Source: Eledone cirrhosa (lineage: Eukaryota). Taken from it: 64,000 bases of DNA. The stretch covers positions 111,042,001 through 111,106,000 of the forward strand of contig OZ024740.1 of the NCBI GenBank assembly GCA_964016885.1. The letters run 5' to 3'. Under the pieces are notes generated by a model. The model did not search any database and was not told the origin of the DNA. It saw nothing but the letters and a program-made list of their open reading frames with translations. The translations under genes and the position numbers were made by a program. Shown piece after piece: positions 1-14,202 of this stretch; position 1 is the first letter of the stretch, and every line of letters starts with the position of its first letter.

Positions 1-183
1 TAGGTCTTCAAAATGTTTATTATAAACATACAGAATATTTTCGAATATTCTATGTCTATATTCACATATATATCGCTATTTCAGAGCATTTATTCCAATT
101 TCTAATTTCTGCCGGACCGGCAACCGCTCTTTCAAACCAGTTCCTGTACACAGCTAAGTATTCTATAAGTCTCTAGCTGTGTC

Positions 184-272
184 ATTCTCGATAAAAGCAC
201 TGGATATGTAGTCCTGATGATTTCTAACGAGAATGAAACGCGTAGATTACTTCCCTTGCTTTTATCGAGAAT
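184..272 (+). ncRNA. Type I hammerhead ribozyme (310-bp unit, copy 1)
   Basis: Stem I GTAGTC(208-213)/GATTAC(245-250), extended by ATTCTCGATAAAAGCA/TGCTTTTATCGAGAAT; core CTGATGA 214-220; stem II TTCT-aacg-AGAA; GAAA 235-238; palindromic stem III ACGCGT; predicted cleavage after GUA at 244. Confidence 0.9.
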
Positions 273-493
273 CTAATTGTAATACGTGACGTATTCTATT
301 CTATAGCGATTAGGTCTTCAAAATGTTTATTATAAACATACAGAATATTTTCGAATATTCTATGTCTATATTCACATATATATCGCTATTTCAGAGCATT
401 TATTCCAATTTCTAATTTCTGCCGGACCGGCAACCGCTCTTTCAAACCAGTTCCTGTACACAGCTAAGTATTCTATAAGTCTCTAGCTGTGTC

Positions 494-582
494 ATTCTCG
501 ATAAAAGCACTGGATATGTAGTCCTGATGATTTCTAACGAGAATGAAACGCGTAGATTACTTCCCTTGCTTTTATCGAGAAT
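494..582 (+). ncRNA. Type I hammerhead ribozyme (310-bp unit, copy 2)
   Basis: Same as copy 1; CTGATGA at 524. Confidence 0.9.
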
Positions 583-803
583 CTAATTGTAATACGTGAC
601 GTATTCTATTCTATAGCGATTAGGTCTTCAAAATGTTTATTATAAACATACAGAATATTTTCGAATATTCTATGTCTATATTCACATATATATCGCTATT
701 TCAGAGCATTTATTCCAATTTCTAATTTCTGCCGGACCGGCAACCGCTCTTTCAAACCAGTTCCTGTACACAGCTAAGTATTCTATAAGTCTCTAGCTGT
801 GTC

Positions 804-892
804 ATTCTCGATAAAAGCACTGGATATGTAGTCCTGATGATTTCTAACGAGAATGAAACGCGTAGATTACTTCCCTTGCTTTTATCGAGAAT
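804..892 (+). ncRNA. Type I hammerhead ribozyme (310-bp unit, copy 3)
   Basis: Same as copy 1; CTGATGA at 834. Confidence 0.9.
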
Positions 893-1027
893 CTAATTGT
901 AATACGTGACGTATTCTATTCTATAGCGATTAGGTCTTCAAAATGTTTATTATAAACATACAGAATATTTTCGAATATTCTATGTCTATATTCACATATA
1001 TATCGCTATTTCAGAGCATTTATTCCA

Positions 1028-1108
<81 letters not shown>

Positions 1109-3040
1109 CATCTATGTATACAGTGGAAACACCTTTCAGTATATTTTTCAGTTTATTTCAATTCTACAAATATTCCCACAACAGAATATATACTATCTAC
1201 AAAGTCAAATATTGAAGTACATAATCACAAATACTTAGGCTTCGAGACAGGTAGAAGTTATTCGTGTGAACCTAACATCCTTCTCTTAAAACTACAATTA
1301 CATAAAATTATTATATCCTCAAACCTGTTTCCTTTCGAAAATTTTATTTTTAAAATCACTTAAATTCATTAAAAAAAATATTTATCAATATCTATAAATG
1401 TTTATTCCATTATGAATTTTATAGTTTTAATATATTCCTCTCCATTCTCTGTTCAGATAAAAAAAAGAATGCTTTAGTTTTTGTCCTTTTAGTCTTCATC
1501 TTTGTTCACTGAAATGAATTATCGATTATGAACTCCACAGCTTTATTTTTTTTTTTAACAACACAATAAAATTAAACATAAATATCTTCTAGACTTCTCG
1601 AAGAAGCAAAAACCTTTTTTTCATTTCGCTCTGTATGTAATTTTTGTATTGCTAGTTGAAGGAAGGGGATGTGATCATGAGAGTTGCAACCCCCCCGAGA
1701 CTCATGTGATTGATGCTGTTGATGTTTAGCTTGAATTGTTGAAGGTTGACTACTTCTGACATTGTGTAGAGGTTGAATTTTGGAGTTACACACACTGGCT
1801 AGGAAGAACTGGGAGAATTGGTTAGTGCAAGACCCGGGGATGGGGTCGGGTGGACGTTTTATTGGTAATGAGAGAAGGAGAAGTGAGTGATGTGAGACTG
1901 CTTGAGTGTTGGTAGCACGAAGATAGCCAGTTCGAAGGAGCAAAGATCATTGTAGTAGCAGTATAACAAAAAAGCGCCTGTAGGATAGAGGCTGCAGCGT
2001 TTTTTAGAGTGACTTTATTACAATCAGACGAGTGGCTTCTTTCTGGATTAGTTTCACAAAAGAAGAACAATTGCATATCCGTCTTTGTATCTCTCAAAGA
2101 GAGGTTTCTTAGCAAGGGAAGGGTTGTGTGGTAAATTTCAGGTCATACATATGTGGTTCCCAGTTTAATTCCATTACGCAACACGTAACTGTCTTAAGAT
2201 AGCCTTGATTCGACCATAATGTTTTGAATGAAATTAGACAGAGACTGCACGGAAGCCTTTTGGATGGTCAGTTTCTATTCTTGCTTCATCTGCTTCAACA
2301 TTATCAACATACCATTGATTTCTTTGTGAAAGTTGTTGCTTATGATTTCCAAATAATTTAGAAATTAATCAAGTATTTGGAAGAAATTAGTAATATAACT
2401 TTCCCATTATTAAGTTTGGCCACATAACTAATGCTCTTACAGAAACTTTTTATGAAATGTTTTTAGTAAATAAGAATATTCAGTTTTGTATCATAGAATC
2501 AGGGACGGTTTCAGGTATTTTGGTATAAAATGTGTAAATATTCAGATCGGATTTCCAGTATGAGGCTGATTTGTTCCCTTCCTATGGTGAATATTTGATA
2601 CTTTGTAAAGTATCATCGATGCAACTCTCTTTCAACTTTAAGTCATGTAAAAAAGGTAACAATACTATTTAAATAGTAAAGAAAATCTAAGGTAAAATCA
2701 GATTTTCTTTGTATATGAGGCGACACGGCGGTTAAGGGGTTCATTTTGCAGCAACATAGTATCAGGTTCAATCTCAATATGTGCAAGTGTCTTGTCCAAT
2801 AGCCGGCGGTAGATCAGTTCATTCTGAATGAAATTTTGTAAATGGAACCTCGGGTAAATCTGGGGATCTTTCTTTTTTTCACTTTTATTTCATTCATTTT
2901 TCTTTCAATTATAAACGAACGAACACCCCGCCCTCCATACATACACTCCATAAATCCTTTTATTCTTTTTGTCCACTCTTACGCATTTCTCTCCTTCCCA
3001 TGTTCCGACTTTCTGTCCTTTTTTCGTTTCTTTCTTACTC

Positions 3041-3042
<2 letters not shown>

Positions 3043-3097
<55 letters not shown>

Positions 3098-3125
3098 ACA
3101 CACACACGCACACACACGCACACAC

Positions 3126-3178
<53 letters not shown>

Positions 3179-3185
3179 CACACAT
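3043..3185. repeat. (CA)n microsatellite
   Basis: Read directly. Confidence 0.95.
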
Positions 3186-3509
3186 ATGAGTTTTTGTATG
3201 TTATGTATGTACTTATGTGTGTGTTTATGTGTATTATGTGTGTGTGTATGTGTGTTTCGACAAACGCATACACGTAGCAAAGAAGCGGATTATTATACAT
3301 GTGTAAAATATGTGATAAGGTTAAAGGGTCAGATAGCATCTGCTGGATTGGAAGAGTAAAAAATATATAAAACAAAAAATAACAATAACAACAACAATAA
3401 CAGCACTAGCAGAAGTATTATGATATATCTGTTCTTCATCGAATTAAGAGATTCCCAAGATTACTGGACTGGCCAAGATGGAGCACCACCTCATGAATTT
3501 TGTATTGTA

Positions 3510-4175
3510 GAGAGTGTGATATAGTGTGGCGTGGTGTAGTGAAACTGATGTAGTGTGGCGTGGTGTAGTACTGTATGGACTGATGTATAGTGGTGTAGTG
3601 TCATATGGTGTGGGGCACTGTGGTAGTGTGTGGTGTGGTGCAGTGTTGTGGTGTGATGACACTGTGGTTGTGTGTGGTGTGGTGCGGCCATATGATGTAG
3701 TGGTACTGTGATGTGGTGTGGCGTGGTGTAGTGCAGTATGGATTGATATAAAGTTAAACAGTGCCGTGTGGTGTGGTCTCATGCAGTGTGGTGTGGTGCG
3801 GCCATGTGGTGTAGTGTCACTGTGATGTGATGTGGTGTGGTGCAGCCAACTGATGTTGTGACATTGTGATGTGGTGTGTGTGGTGTAGTGCAGTGATATG
3901 GTGTACTGCAACTGTGATGTGGTGTGGTGTAGTGTGGTGTGGTGTGGTGCGGCCATGTGATGTAGTGGTACTGTGACGTGGCGTGGCGTGGTGTAGTGCA
4001 GTATGGATTTATATAAAGTTGAGCAGTGCCGTGTGGTGTGGTCTCATGCAGTGGGGGTGTGGTGCGGCCATGTGGTGTAGTGTCACAATGGTAGTGTGTG
4101 GTGTGTGGTGTGGTTTGGTGCGGCGATGTGGTGTGATGGCACTGTGATGTAGTGTGCTATGGTTCCGTGTGATGC
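3510..4175. repeat. Degenerate (GTGTG)n pentamer minisatellite with an internal duplication of about 265 bp
   Basis: GTGTG/GTGTA units; block GTGCGGCCA...GTCTCATGCAGTG at about 3682 and 3947. Confidence 0.85.
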
Positions 4176-4436
4176 GCCAGTATATGAGTTTACTGTCTTA
4201 ATGAACTGCTTGAAAAATTATTTTATTTGTTATCAGTGTAAATAGATCATTTACATATGCTTCTATGCATGAAAGTATGTATGTGAGAATATTTATGTGT
4301 AAATATGTATGAGATTGATTGTTTCACACACGCACATACACACTCCCCCCCTCCCCCCTCCACGCGATAAATACACACATACACACACACACGCACACAC
4401 ACAATACACACACACACACATATATATCTGTATGTA

Positions 4437-4496
<60 letters not shown>

Positions 4497-4553
4497 TATG
4501 TATGTATTTGCATATCTATACATTTATATATATATACATATATGTATTTGTAA

Positions 4554-4609
<56 letters not shown>

Positions 4610-5034
4610 TATACAGAGAGAGAGAGAGAGGGGAGGTAAGAGAGAGGGGAACGGAGTAGATGTATCTTTAATTTTGAGTAAAAGTGTGATGAAAAGATCT
4701 CTGTTGTGATGACAGAAATCCATCATTTCATATGTAGTGAAATAGATGGGAGATATAGTGTTAATTGAGTTGTTAGATATATTGGTAAATATGGCGATGA
4801 CGGGAGGCGAGCAGGACTGAAGAATTGGAGGTGGGAGATAGACAAAATATGGTGGTGAGGAAGGGGCAGTGTGCTGAAGGATTCGAATTGAGGAGAGGAG
4901 AGGAGCGGAAAGACCTAACAAGAGGAAAGTATTGGAAGGTAATAGGAAAATAAAGCAGATGTTAGAAATATTGCTAAGTAAAAATCCTTTCTCTCTCTCT
5001 CTCTCTCTCTCTACATATATATATATATATGTAT

Positions 5035-5404
5035 AACGAAGGAAATGTGGTACGGAACCAGATGGACCATAACGCACCAAAGTACTCAATACTTAGAGTA
5101 GTAGAGTGGGTAATAGGAACGAGTAGGACCCCGACGGCTGAGCTCAAGCCGTTTCGACGGCTAATTCTGGACTAAATTTAGTCCAGAATTAGCCGTCGAA
5201 ACGGCTTGAGCTCAGCCGTCGGGGTCCTACTCGTTCCTATTACCCACTCTACTACTCTAAGTATTGAGTACTTTGGTGCGTTATGGTCCATCTGGTTCCG
5301 TACCACATTTCCTTCGTTATACATATATATATCTGGACTAAATTTAGTCCAGAATTAGCCGTCGAAACGGCTTGAGCTCAGCCGTCGGGGTCCTACTAGT
5401 TCCT
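5035..5404. mobile_element. Fold-back non-autonomous element (family P), inverted arms plus a partial third arm; carries the 3' half of a hammerhead
   Basis: 5035-5172 is the reverse complement of 5180-5320; GAAA-CGGCTTGAGCTCAGCCG-TC-GGGGTCC; other copies at 5635, 19650 and 29167; all flanked by (TA)n. Confidence 0.8.
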
Positions 5405-5548
5405 ATATATATATATATATATATATACATTGCACGATAGAATTAATTAATAATTATTAATAATGCTATATCGTGAAATGGCCATACTCGTTAACGAGGG
5501 GGCAGCCATCACATATATATGTATATATATATGTATATATATATGTAT

Positions 5549-5598
<50 letters not shown>

Positions 5599-5601
5599 AT
5601 G

Positions 5602-5634
<33 letters not shown>

Positions 5635-5637
<3 letters not shown>

Positions 5638-5749
5638 AACCAGTAAGACCCCTGGGGTCTTACTGGTTCCTATTACCCACTCTACTACCTCAAGTATTGA
5701 GTACTTTGGTGCGTTATGGTCCACCTGGTTCCTTACCACATTTCCTTCG

Positions 5750-5751
<2 letters not shown>
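5635..5751. mobile_element. Family P copy, short inverted arm plus long arm
   Basis: GGAACCAGTAAGACCCC-t-GGGGTCTTACTGGTTCC, then the family 3' tail ending CCTTCGTTA(TA)n. Confidence 0.8.
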
Positions 5752-5812
<61 letters not shown>

Positions 5813-6007
5813 AATCTTAGACAGGAACAAAAACAGAGAGGCAGTACAAATATGAGTTTACTAGGTTCACGCTTTCGAGAGTGGCGGGGTGTATGTATAT
5901 ATATTTAGCTGTGATTTTTAACTATTGAGCACTGTGCCAGTATAATTTCTGATTTTTGCGTTTTGCTTCGCTTTTCCTGCCCGCCGAAATGCGATTCTCG
6001 CTGAAAC

Positions 6008-6049
<42 letters not shown>

Positions 6050-6050
<1 letters not shown>

Positions 6051-6330
6051 CAAAACATTACAATAATTCCGGAAGCCGAAAAAGAAATAGAACTAGGAAT
6101 ATATTATGGTTCGCTCCTCCTTTCTCACTAAATATTAAAACCCCTATTGCTAAACTATTCTTTAAAGTTCTTGACAAACGCTTCCTTAGAACACATAGAT
6201 ATTATTCAATTTTTAATAGACATACTATAAAATTAACTTACTCTTCCACCAAAAATTTAGCGCAAAATATTAATAGAATTAATAATAGAAATTTAAAACC
6301 TAACCAAAATACCAATAATAACCCAAGCAA
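6050..6330 (+). pseudogene. Penelope-like element ORF fragment (RT-endonuclease linker)
   Basis: Translates RKRNRTRNILWFAPPFSLNIKTPIAKLFFKVLDKRF...IFNRHTIKLTYSST, homologous to the 22584-24023 ORF (WYNAPSNL...ILNRSTVKFSYST). Confidence 0.8.
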
Positions 6331-6680
6331 TATTCAATCACGTGACATCGAGGTTAATCAGTGAGGAGTGGTTTGTTAAGAAGACAGCAGCCGAACCATT
6401 ACTATGAACTATAGTAGCAGTTTTGACCAATTTTGGCTCAACAAAATAATTTGGAGATAATTATAAAGAATTAGTATATCTACTAACATATATATACACA
6501 CCTCACTGATTAACCTCGATGTCACGTTATTGATTCTTTTGAATTTGCCACCGACGCAGTAGGCAGTGATTTTTTCAATGGCTTGGAACTTAGTCCGCGC
6601 TTTGCTTTTTTCCATCCACTGAATTATTTTTGTATAAATTCCCTGTGTCCACGCATCGCCTGGAAACTTAGCTGAGAATA

Positions 6681-6763
6681 GACTTCCCTGATGACGAAAG
6701 GCTTCTCCGTACGTTTCTTCGGAAACTATGTTTATTCCCTTTCAGAAACCAATTAGTTGGAGT
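6681..6763 (+). ncRNA. Hammerhead ribozyme with extended stem II (PLE-like terminus; same family as 28573)
   Basis: GACTTCC-CTGATGA(6688)-cGAAAGG...CCTTTCa-GAAA(6745)-CCAATTAG-TT-GGAGT; followed by a tail ending in (TA)n. Confidence 0.7.
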
Positions 6764-6811
6764 GAAATTTTAGTAAGTAAATTAATTTTTATAATTTTCT
6801 TATTTTATGTC

Positions 6812-6871
<60 letters not shown>

Positions 6872-7335
6872 CCATAAATCATTTTGATGAAAATAATCAG
6901 CATAAACGTAGAAGACATTTATTTAATTTAAGTGTTAAACTAATAGCATACACTGCTGTGGCCTTGCGCATTTTGTTTTAACTGATTTTTTGGCTGTTTT
7001 GAACTTGGCACACGCACACACACATATATATATTAGTATCTTTTTAAAGTGGGAGTGTCAAGGTGCGTGGCTTAGAGGTTAGAGTGTACCCATCACGAAC
7101 CGACAGTGCGTTGTCTCTTTGAGTAAGGCACTTTATTTTACGCAGCAACATTTATTTTACCTATAATTCAAAGGATCAGCCTTGTCACACATTATATCAT
7201 GGTAAATCTTCCCGAGAGGTTTCTCGTGTCTGTCGAATGCTTACCCACTTACACGTTCATTTCCCTAATCATCTAGCGCACGATTGATGCAAAAGCACCA
7301 CTCGTATATATGTAATTAATGCAAACACGTATACA

Positions 7336-7369
<34 letters not shown>

Positions 7370-7447
7370 TGTACGTGTTTATATATATATATGAATGTAC
7401 GTTTTTATATATACATACATATATATACATATATATATATATATATG

Positions 7448-7707
7448 TGGAGGCACGTGGTAAGGGTGTTGGACTTACGATCATAATGTCGTGGGTTCGA
7501 TTCCTGGGCTGAGTGTTGTGTTCTTGAGCAAAACACTTCCTTTTACGTTGCTCCAATATACTCGGCTGAAAATGAGTACCAGCAATAGCTGGAGGTTTAA
7601 CCCTGCGATGGACTGGCGCCCTGTCCACGGGCAGTCTTGTACTCTCAGTCGCTTCACGCCATGAAACCGGGATAAGCACCGGCCAAATGAGCCTTCTGGC
7701 TTAAGAC

Positions 7708-7712
<5 letters not shown>
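7448..7712 (+). mobile_element. tRNA-derived SINE with a Meta/V-like central core
   Basis: B-box GGTTCGATTCC; core AACCCTGCGATGGACTGGCG...GTCGCTTCACGCCATGAAACCGGGATAAGC recalled from metazoan core-SINEs; flanked by (TA)n. Confidence 0.65.
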
Positions 7713-7786
<74 letters not shown>

Positions 7787-7881
7787 TAGGTAATTCCGAA
7801 GGAAAAGCAAAGGAAAAAAGAGTGTTCTGTGTATAGAACAGAGCTATTTAATTAGAAAGTGAACAACACAAAATATAACTA

Positions 7882-7949
7882 CTCCATTACCAATGGTTTC
7901 TGGATCCTAGACAATAATAATATACGTCTGGACCGGTCTTCAGACAGAG
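7882..7949 (-). ncRNA. Type I hammerhead ribozyme
   Basis: Minus strand: CTCTGT-CTGAAGA-ccGGTCCAGAC...GTCTAGGATCca-GAAA-CCATTGG-TA-ATGGAG. Confidence 0.75.
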
Positions 7950-7991
7950 ATGTTATGGATAAAAGATATATATCTATATATATATACGTGT

Positions 7992-8036
<45 letters not shown>

Positions 8037-8082
8037 AAAACATTAACACGAATATCGAGTTTTGAAACGCGCGTGTATTAGA

Positions 8083-8216
8083 ATTCGTAGGAAAATGGAT
8101 AACCTCGGCGTAAGGAAGCTGTGAAAACAGCAAAATTCCGTTGATTTCTGTCCTTCAACGGCATTTGGCTGTTTTAAAAGGTCCCTTACGCCGAGTTTTT
8201 CAATTTCCCTACGAAT
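8083..8216. repeat. Imperfect 134-bp palindrome (long hairpin)
   Basis: ATTCGTAGG/CCTACGAAT, CTCGGCGTAAGG/CCTTACGCCGAG, AAAACAGC/GCTGTTTT and CCGTTGA/TCAACGG nest concentrically. Confidence 0.85.
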
Positions 8217-8684
8217 ATATATATATATATATATATTAGGGTATTAACAATGAAAATAAGTCAAGTTATTTTACCTATTCATACCATTGTTTTACGATCG
8301 TGGTTGATCATATTGATATATTGTCTCATCTATAGCAGTTAGATAACTGTATACTATCAGACCTCATATATAGGTTCGATCAGACCGTCTTCTTTGGAAA
8401 CAAGATATGTTTATATATATATATATATTATATATAGAGTTATAAACTAAAATAGTTTTTTTAAATTAAATACCTCAAACAAAGGAATATTTCTGAGCCG
8501 TGTAATACAAATGAATATATGATAGGCTACTGCCAATATAGGTTTGTTTTTATTGATTTATTATTTTAAATCGAGACAGGCAAACCGTATTATTTTAATT
8601 AGTATTTTTCAATCTAGCTAACTCGGTCATTTGCAATGCAAGCGCATGTATACTTGTATCAGTGTTTATCCCTATCATATATTC

Positions 8685-10444
<1,760 letters not shown>

Positions 10445-10445
10445 T

Positions 10446-12360
10446 ATGGGAGTCTATCTCCAAAACCTTCTATCTACTAACGAGCATATTTTCAATGACC
10501 ATTCCACTTATTACAATGAAGCTCTTGCTCGGAGTGGATTTGTCGATAAGGTAGCATATACAGAGTACGAAAATAGACCTAGAAGAAATAGATCCCGTCG
10601 CATTTGTTGGTATAACCCACCATATAATATGGAGGTGGCCACACCATTAGCTAAGATTTTTCTTTCCCTTATTACGAAGCATTTTTCCCCCTACACATAA
10701 ATATAGTAACATTTTTAATAGAAATACTATTAAAATTTCTTACTCTACGACTCCTAACCTTTCATATAACATCACAGCTTCAAATTTAGCTAAACTACCT
10801 AGCCGTAGGAACACGTACAACCCTTTAGTTAGTACTAACTGTAATTGTAGGAATCGGGTTGATTACCCCCTATCAGGGAAATGCCTCTCTAGTAACATTG
10901 TCTACAAATGTAAGGTTGAAACACCCACGTCCCGTAGGGCCTACATAGGGTTAACCGCCAATAGATTCAAGCAGCGTATTTACATGCATACCCATTCTTT
11001 TCGTTGCCCTCTAAGAAGGAATATGACGTTACTTTCAGCTTATATCTGGAGTCTAAAAGACAACCACACCCAATATAAGTTACACTGGGAGATCCTAGCT
11101 AGGGCTAGATCGTATAACGGAAATAAAAGACCAGGTGACCTCTGCGCCCGTGAGGCCCTGGAAATACTCTACGCCACAGACCACATCTTAAACAAAAAAT
11201 ATGAGGCAATTTCGGCTTGTAAACATAAATTGCACAAAACTTTCCTGTATTACAGCCCCACGTTATACCCTAAAGAATAGTACGATCTATACGTGGATAT
11301 TTTACGTCTTGATGTGGTAGCTAAGTATATGTTTTGTTTATACCATTACTTATTTGCATTGGTAAGTATATATTACCTGTATGTTTTGTGAAGGTACGTA
11401 TACTTTCTCGTACGTATATTTGATTGTATATGTTATGGCGTATAATTTTATATATTCTGGTACGTATGGTTTGGTTATGTGTATACGGGAGTTTTGCGTC
11501 TGTGTGAGTATGCAGGTTCGTACGTATATAGGGTGTGTGTATATGTGTACTTCATGTTTTGGTTGCCTTACGTCTCCGAACATTTGTGTATTTACATGTA
11601 GGTATGTGTGTGCGCTTGTTATATACGTATTTATTTATTTATATACGTTTATTTAATTATTTATTTCTTTGTATACACGCATACACACACATATTTATAT
11701 GTGCGTGGTTTTGTATACCTATGGTAAGTGTTTTCGCGTATGCTTGTGTATGTACGTATTTGTATGCCTGTATGTATTTATTTAATTTCTATTACCTCTG
11801 TATTGTATTTATTTACTTTGTTCTTAACTCTGAAGCGGAAATTCATTCGGTCTCCTAGTTAGAATTTTAGTCTACGACTTCTGCTATACCATTTACGTGG
11901 TTTTGTCTTTGCGTGCAATTGTTCTCCACGCTCCACATATGACGTATTATCTTCGTTTTTTTTGTTCATTGCCAGAGAAGGTCTCTATGAACCACCTAAG
12001 AGAACATTAATCTACGACCTCTTTTATACCATAAACGTGGTTCTGTCTTTGCGCGTAATTGTTTTTCACCGCTCCTATTAATGACGTATTATATTCGTTA
12101 TTTCCCGTTCTTTGCCAGGGAACGTTTCCACGAACCAAAGTATCGTCTTCCTGTCTTCTTCCGGTTGCAACGTTTTTTTAAATATCCACTTCTGCGTTTA
12201 CAGATTGACTTTGTTAGTTTCAGAAGATCCCGTTAAGGGTGAAAGCAGCGATTCTTTGCTTAAACTTTATTCTGTTATTTTAATAAATATTTGCTCTACG
12301 GTTCTTATATATTTGATATATATTTATCCTTATCGAGCCCTCTTTGGATTTTAGTCTTCA
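10446..12360 (+). mobile_element. 5'-truncated Penelope-like element: frameshifted RT thumb plus GIY-YIG to 11280, then 3' region
   Basis: WYNPPYN motif, CNCRN...CLSSNIVYKC...AYIGLT, DLCARE...LNKKYE...CKH; degenerate HHR-like CAGAAGA-TCCC...GGGT-GAAA at about 12221-12244; ends in (TA)n. Confidence 0.88.
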
Positions 12361-12373
12361 AATTTATTATTAT

Positions 12374-12404
<31 letters not shown>

Positions 12405-12411
<7 letters not shown>

Positions 12412-13647
12412 GTTTGTATATGTATAATAAAGCCAAAACAATGCAGGTATGGACATAGAATAAAGAATGCAAATGCAAAAGATATTGTTGACGATTAGTC
12501 TTTTACCTTAGATTTATTTAAATGTCCTTAATTTTCGAGATAATATCTCTTCTACGGAGGGAAGTAAAGCGGTTAAACCAGTGTTATAAATAGCTTGCCA
12601 AGACATGCTGACAGGAAATGGTATAGAGTATCTGTTCTATCTCTAATGTCAAAGAGTTAAGGTTAGGTGGATAAAGAGTAGTCGCCTTTTAAAACGTTTT
12701 TTTTTTCGTACATGCCTGTTTAAGTGTGTGGGAGAATGCGTGAATGTGTAAGTATGTGTGTGTGTGAGTGTGAGAAGATATGTCTATACGTAAATGTGGG
12801 GGATAGATGTTCTCTCGTGTTAGAACTGGTCTTTGTGTGTGTATGTGTGTGTGTGAGAGAGAATAATTGGAAGTGTAAGCGTGTGTGTGTGCGTGTGTGT
12901 GGGAGGGGGGTGTAAATACGGGGCTAGATGCTCTATCAAGTTATAAATTGGGTGTTGAGTTCTAGTCTATTATTGATTGGTGGTTGTATTTTGTCTATAA
13001 TTAGTGCTTCCTTAATTCTAAGATTGCCGAGGTTTCTTTCCTTAGTTTCTATCCTAACTGTTATGGTTTTGTCGGTGTTTTTGCATTTAACTAGGTGTTT
13101 CTTAAATGAGGAAGCGTTAGTATTGAGATGTTCTTTTATTCTTATGTGGAGTGGTCTGGTGGTGCTACCTACGTAGAAGTTGCTGCATTTGTCGCACTCT
13201 AGTATGTATACAACGTAAGCCTGGTGGCATTGGTCTGTGTCGTTGATGGGGCAGTTGGCTAGCCTGCAGCGGTTGTCATGTATGGTGGAGTGTCTTTTGG
13301 TTAGCTGTCCGCGTAGAGAATGACCTGAGTGGGCCAGTTGAATATCTAGTCCCTCTCGTTTGAAAGCTCTGCGGATGGCTGTTGTTGTTTCGTCACTGAA
13401 GTGTGGGAGCTTCAGGAAGCAAGTGTTAGTGCCTCGGCTGTGGTGTCCTCTGTTCTTTCTGGCACGGTTTGTGGTAGATGTCGTGTATCCGTCCAGTTTG
13501 AGTACTTCTTGGAAATGTGTGGTGTGTGTGTCTCGGTCTCTAGCGTCGGTGCATTTGTTCCGGATACGTGTAAGTTCGTTCCTTATGTATCGGAACTTAG
13601 CGCCGGCTGGGAGTGTACGAACAGGTCCCTGCTGGCGGCTTTTTTTA
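12405..13647 (-). mobile_element. 5'-truncated Penelope-like element of a second lineage; thumb plus GIY-YIG ORF ends at 12936 (absent from ORF track)
   Basis: Minus translation ...FLKLPHFSD...CRLANCPINDTDQCHQAYVVYILECDKCSNFYVGSTTRPLHIRIKEH...LRIKEALIIDKIQPPINNRLE; tail-to-tail with the 10446 element. Confidence 0.9.
12525..12560 (-). ncRNA. Degenerate minimal hammerhead in the PLE 3' end
   Basis: Minus: CCT-CCGTAGA-a-GAGAT-att-ATCTC-GAAA-AT-TA-AGG; core deviates from CTGANGA at two positions. Confidence 0.5.
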
Positions 13648-13893
13648 ATATATATATATATTATAAATCACGGTTATCTGGCATTAAATGTGTGCAAAAT
13701 GTTCTGCCAACATCAAATTACGATACAGTCCCAACTAAGAAATCCCGTGAAATATTTACACATGTACGTCTACATATAGATATTGAAACAGACCCACAAA
13801 ATGCGTATCATACTTAAAGTCAACAGTGCACAATATAGAAAACTTACATACAGAACATATATACAGCAATATAAAGGTACATATATATGTATC

Positions 13894-13976
<83 letters not shown>

Positions 13977-14202
13977 ATGATGCGTATATATGTACCTTAT
14001 ATATATCTAAGGCGGGTAAAATTCCCGAGATCCATGGACGAGTTCTCTCCCGCGGTCTCTGTCCCTCATTATCGCTGCCATGTCCTGTATACAGATTGGA
14101 GCACTCGACGAAGTACGCAGGTTTGTTTGGTTACTCCGGAGTAATGTAAAATACAGTAAATAAGTCAAATATTTAAAATTTGGCTTCGTTTATTAAAGAT
14201 GT

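Larger units (their letters stand above)
1..1028 (+). repeat. Tandem array of a 310-bp non-coding unit (at least 3.3 copies, cut by window start), one hammerhead ribozyme per unit; retrozyme/PLE pseudo-LTR-like
   Basis: TAGGTCTTCAAAATG recurs at 1, 311, 621 and 931; copies look identical; array ends abruptly in (TA)n/(TG)n at about 1029. Confidence 0.95.

Noticed and set aside
1120-1360. Possible decayed GIY-YIG coding remnant
   Set aside because: Only faint resemblance across several frames; not supportable by eye
3444-3956. 170-aa His/Thr-rich ORF
   Set aside because: Antisense reading of the (GTGTG)n minisatellite
4620-4985. Non-repetitive part of the 280-aa minus ORF
   Set aside because: Compositionally biased, no motif; ORF length comes from flanking microsatellites
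8350-8400. Hammerhead-like remnants here and at about 5865-6000 and 50890-50960 (minus strand)
   Set aside because: Only GAA(A) plus a partial stem III is visible; core or stem I missing, too degenerate to call
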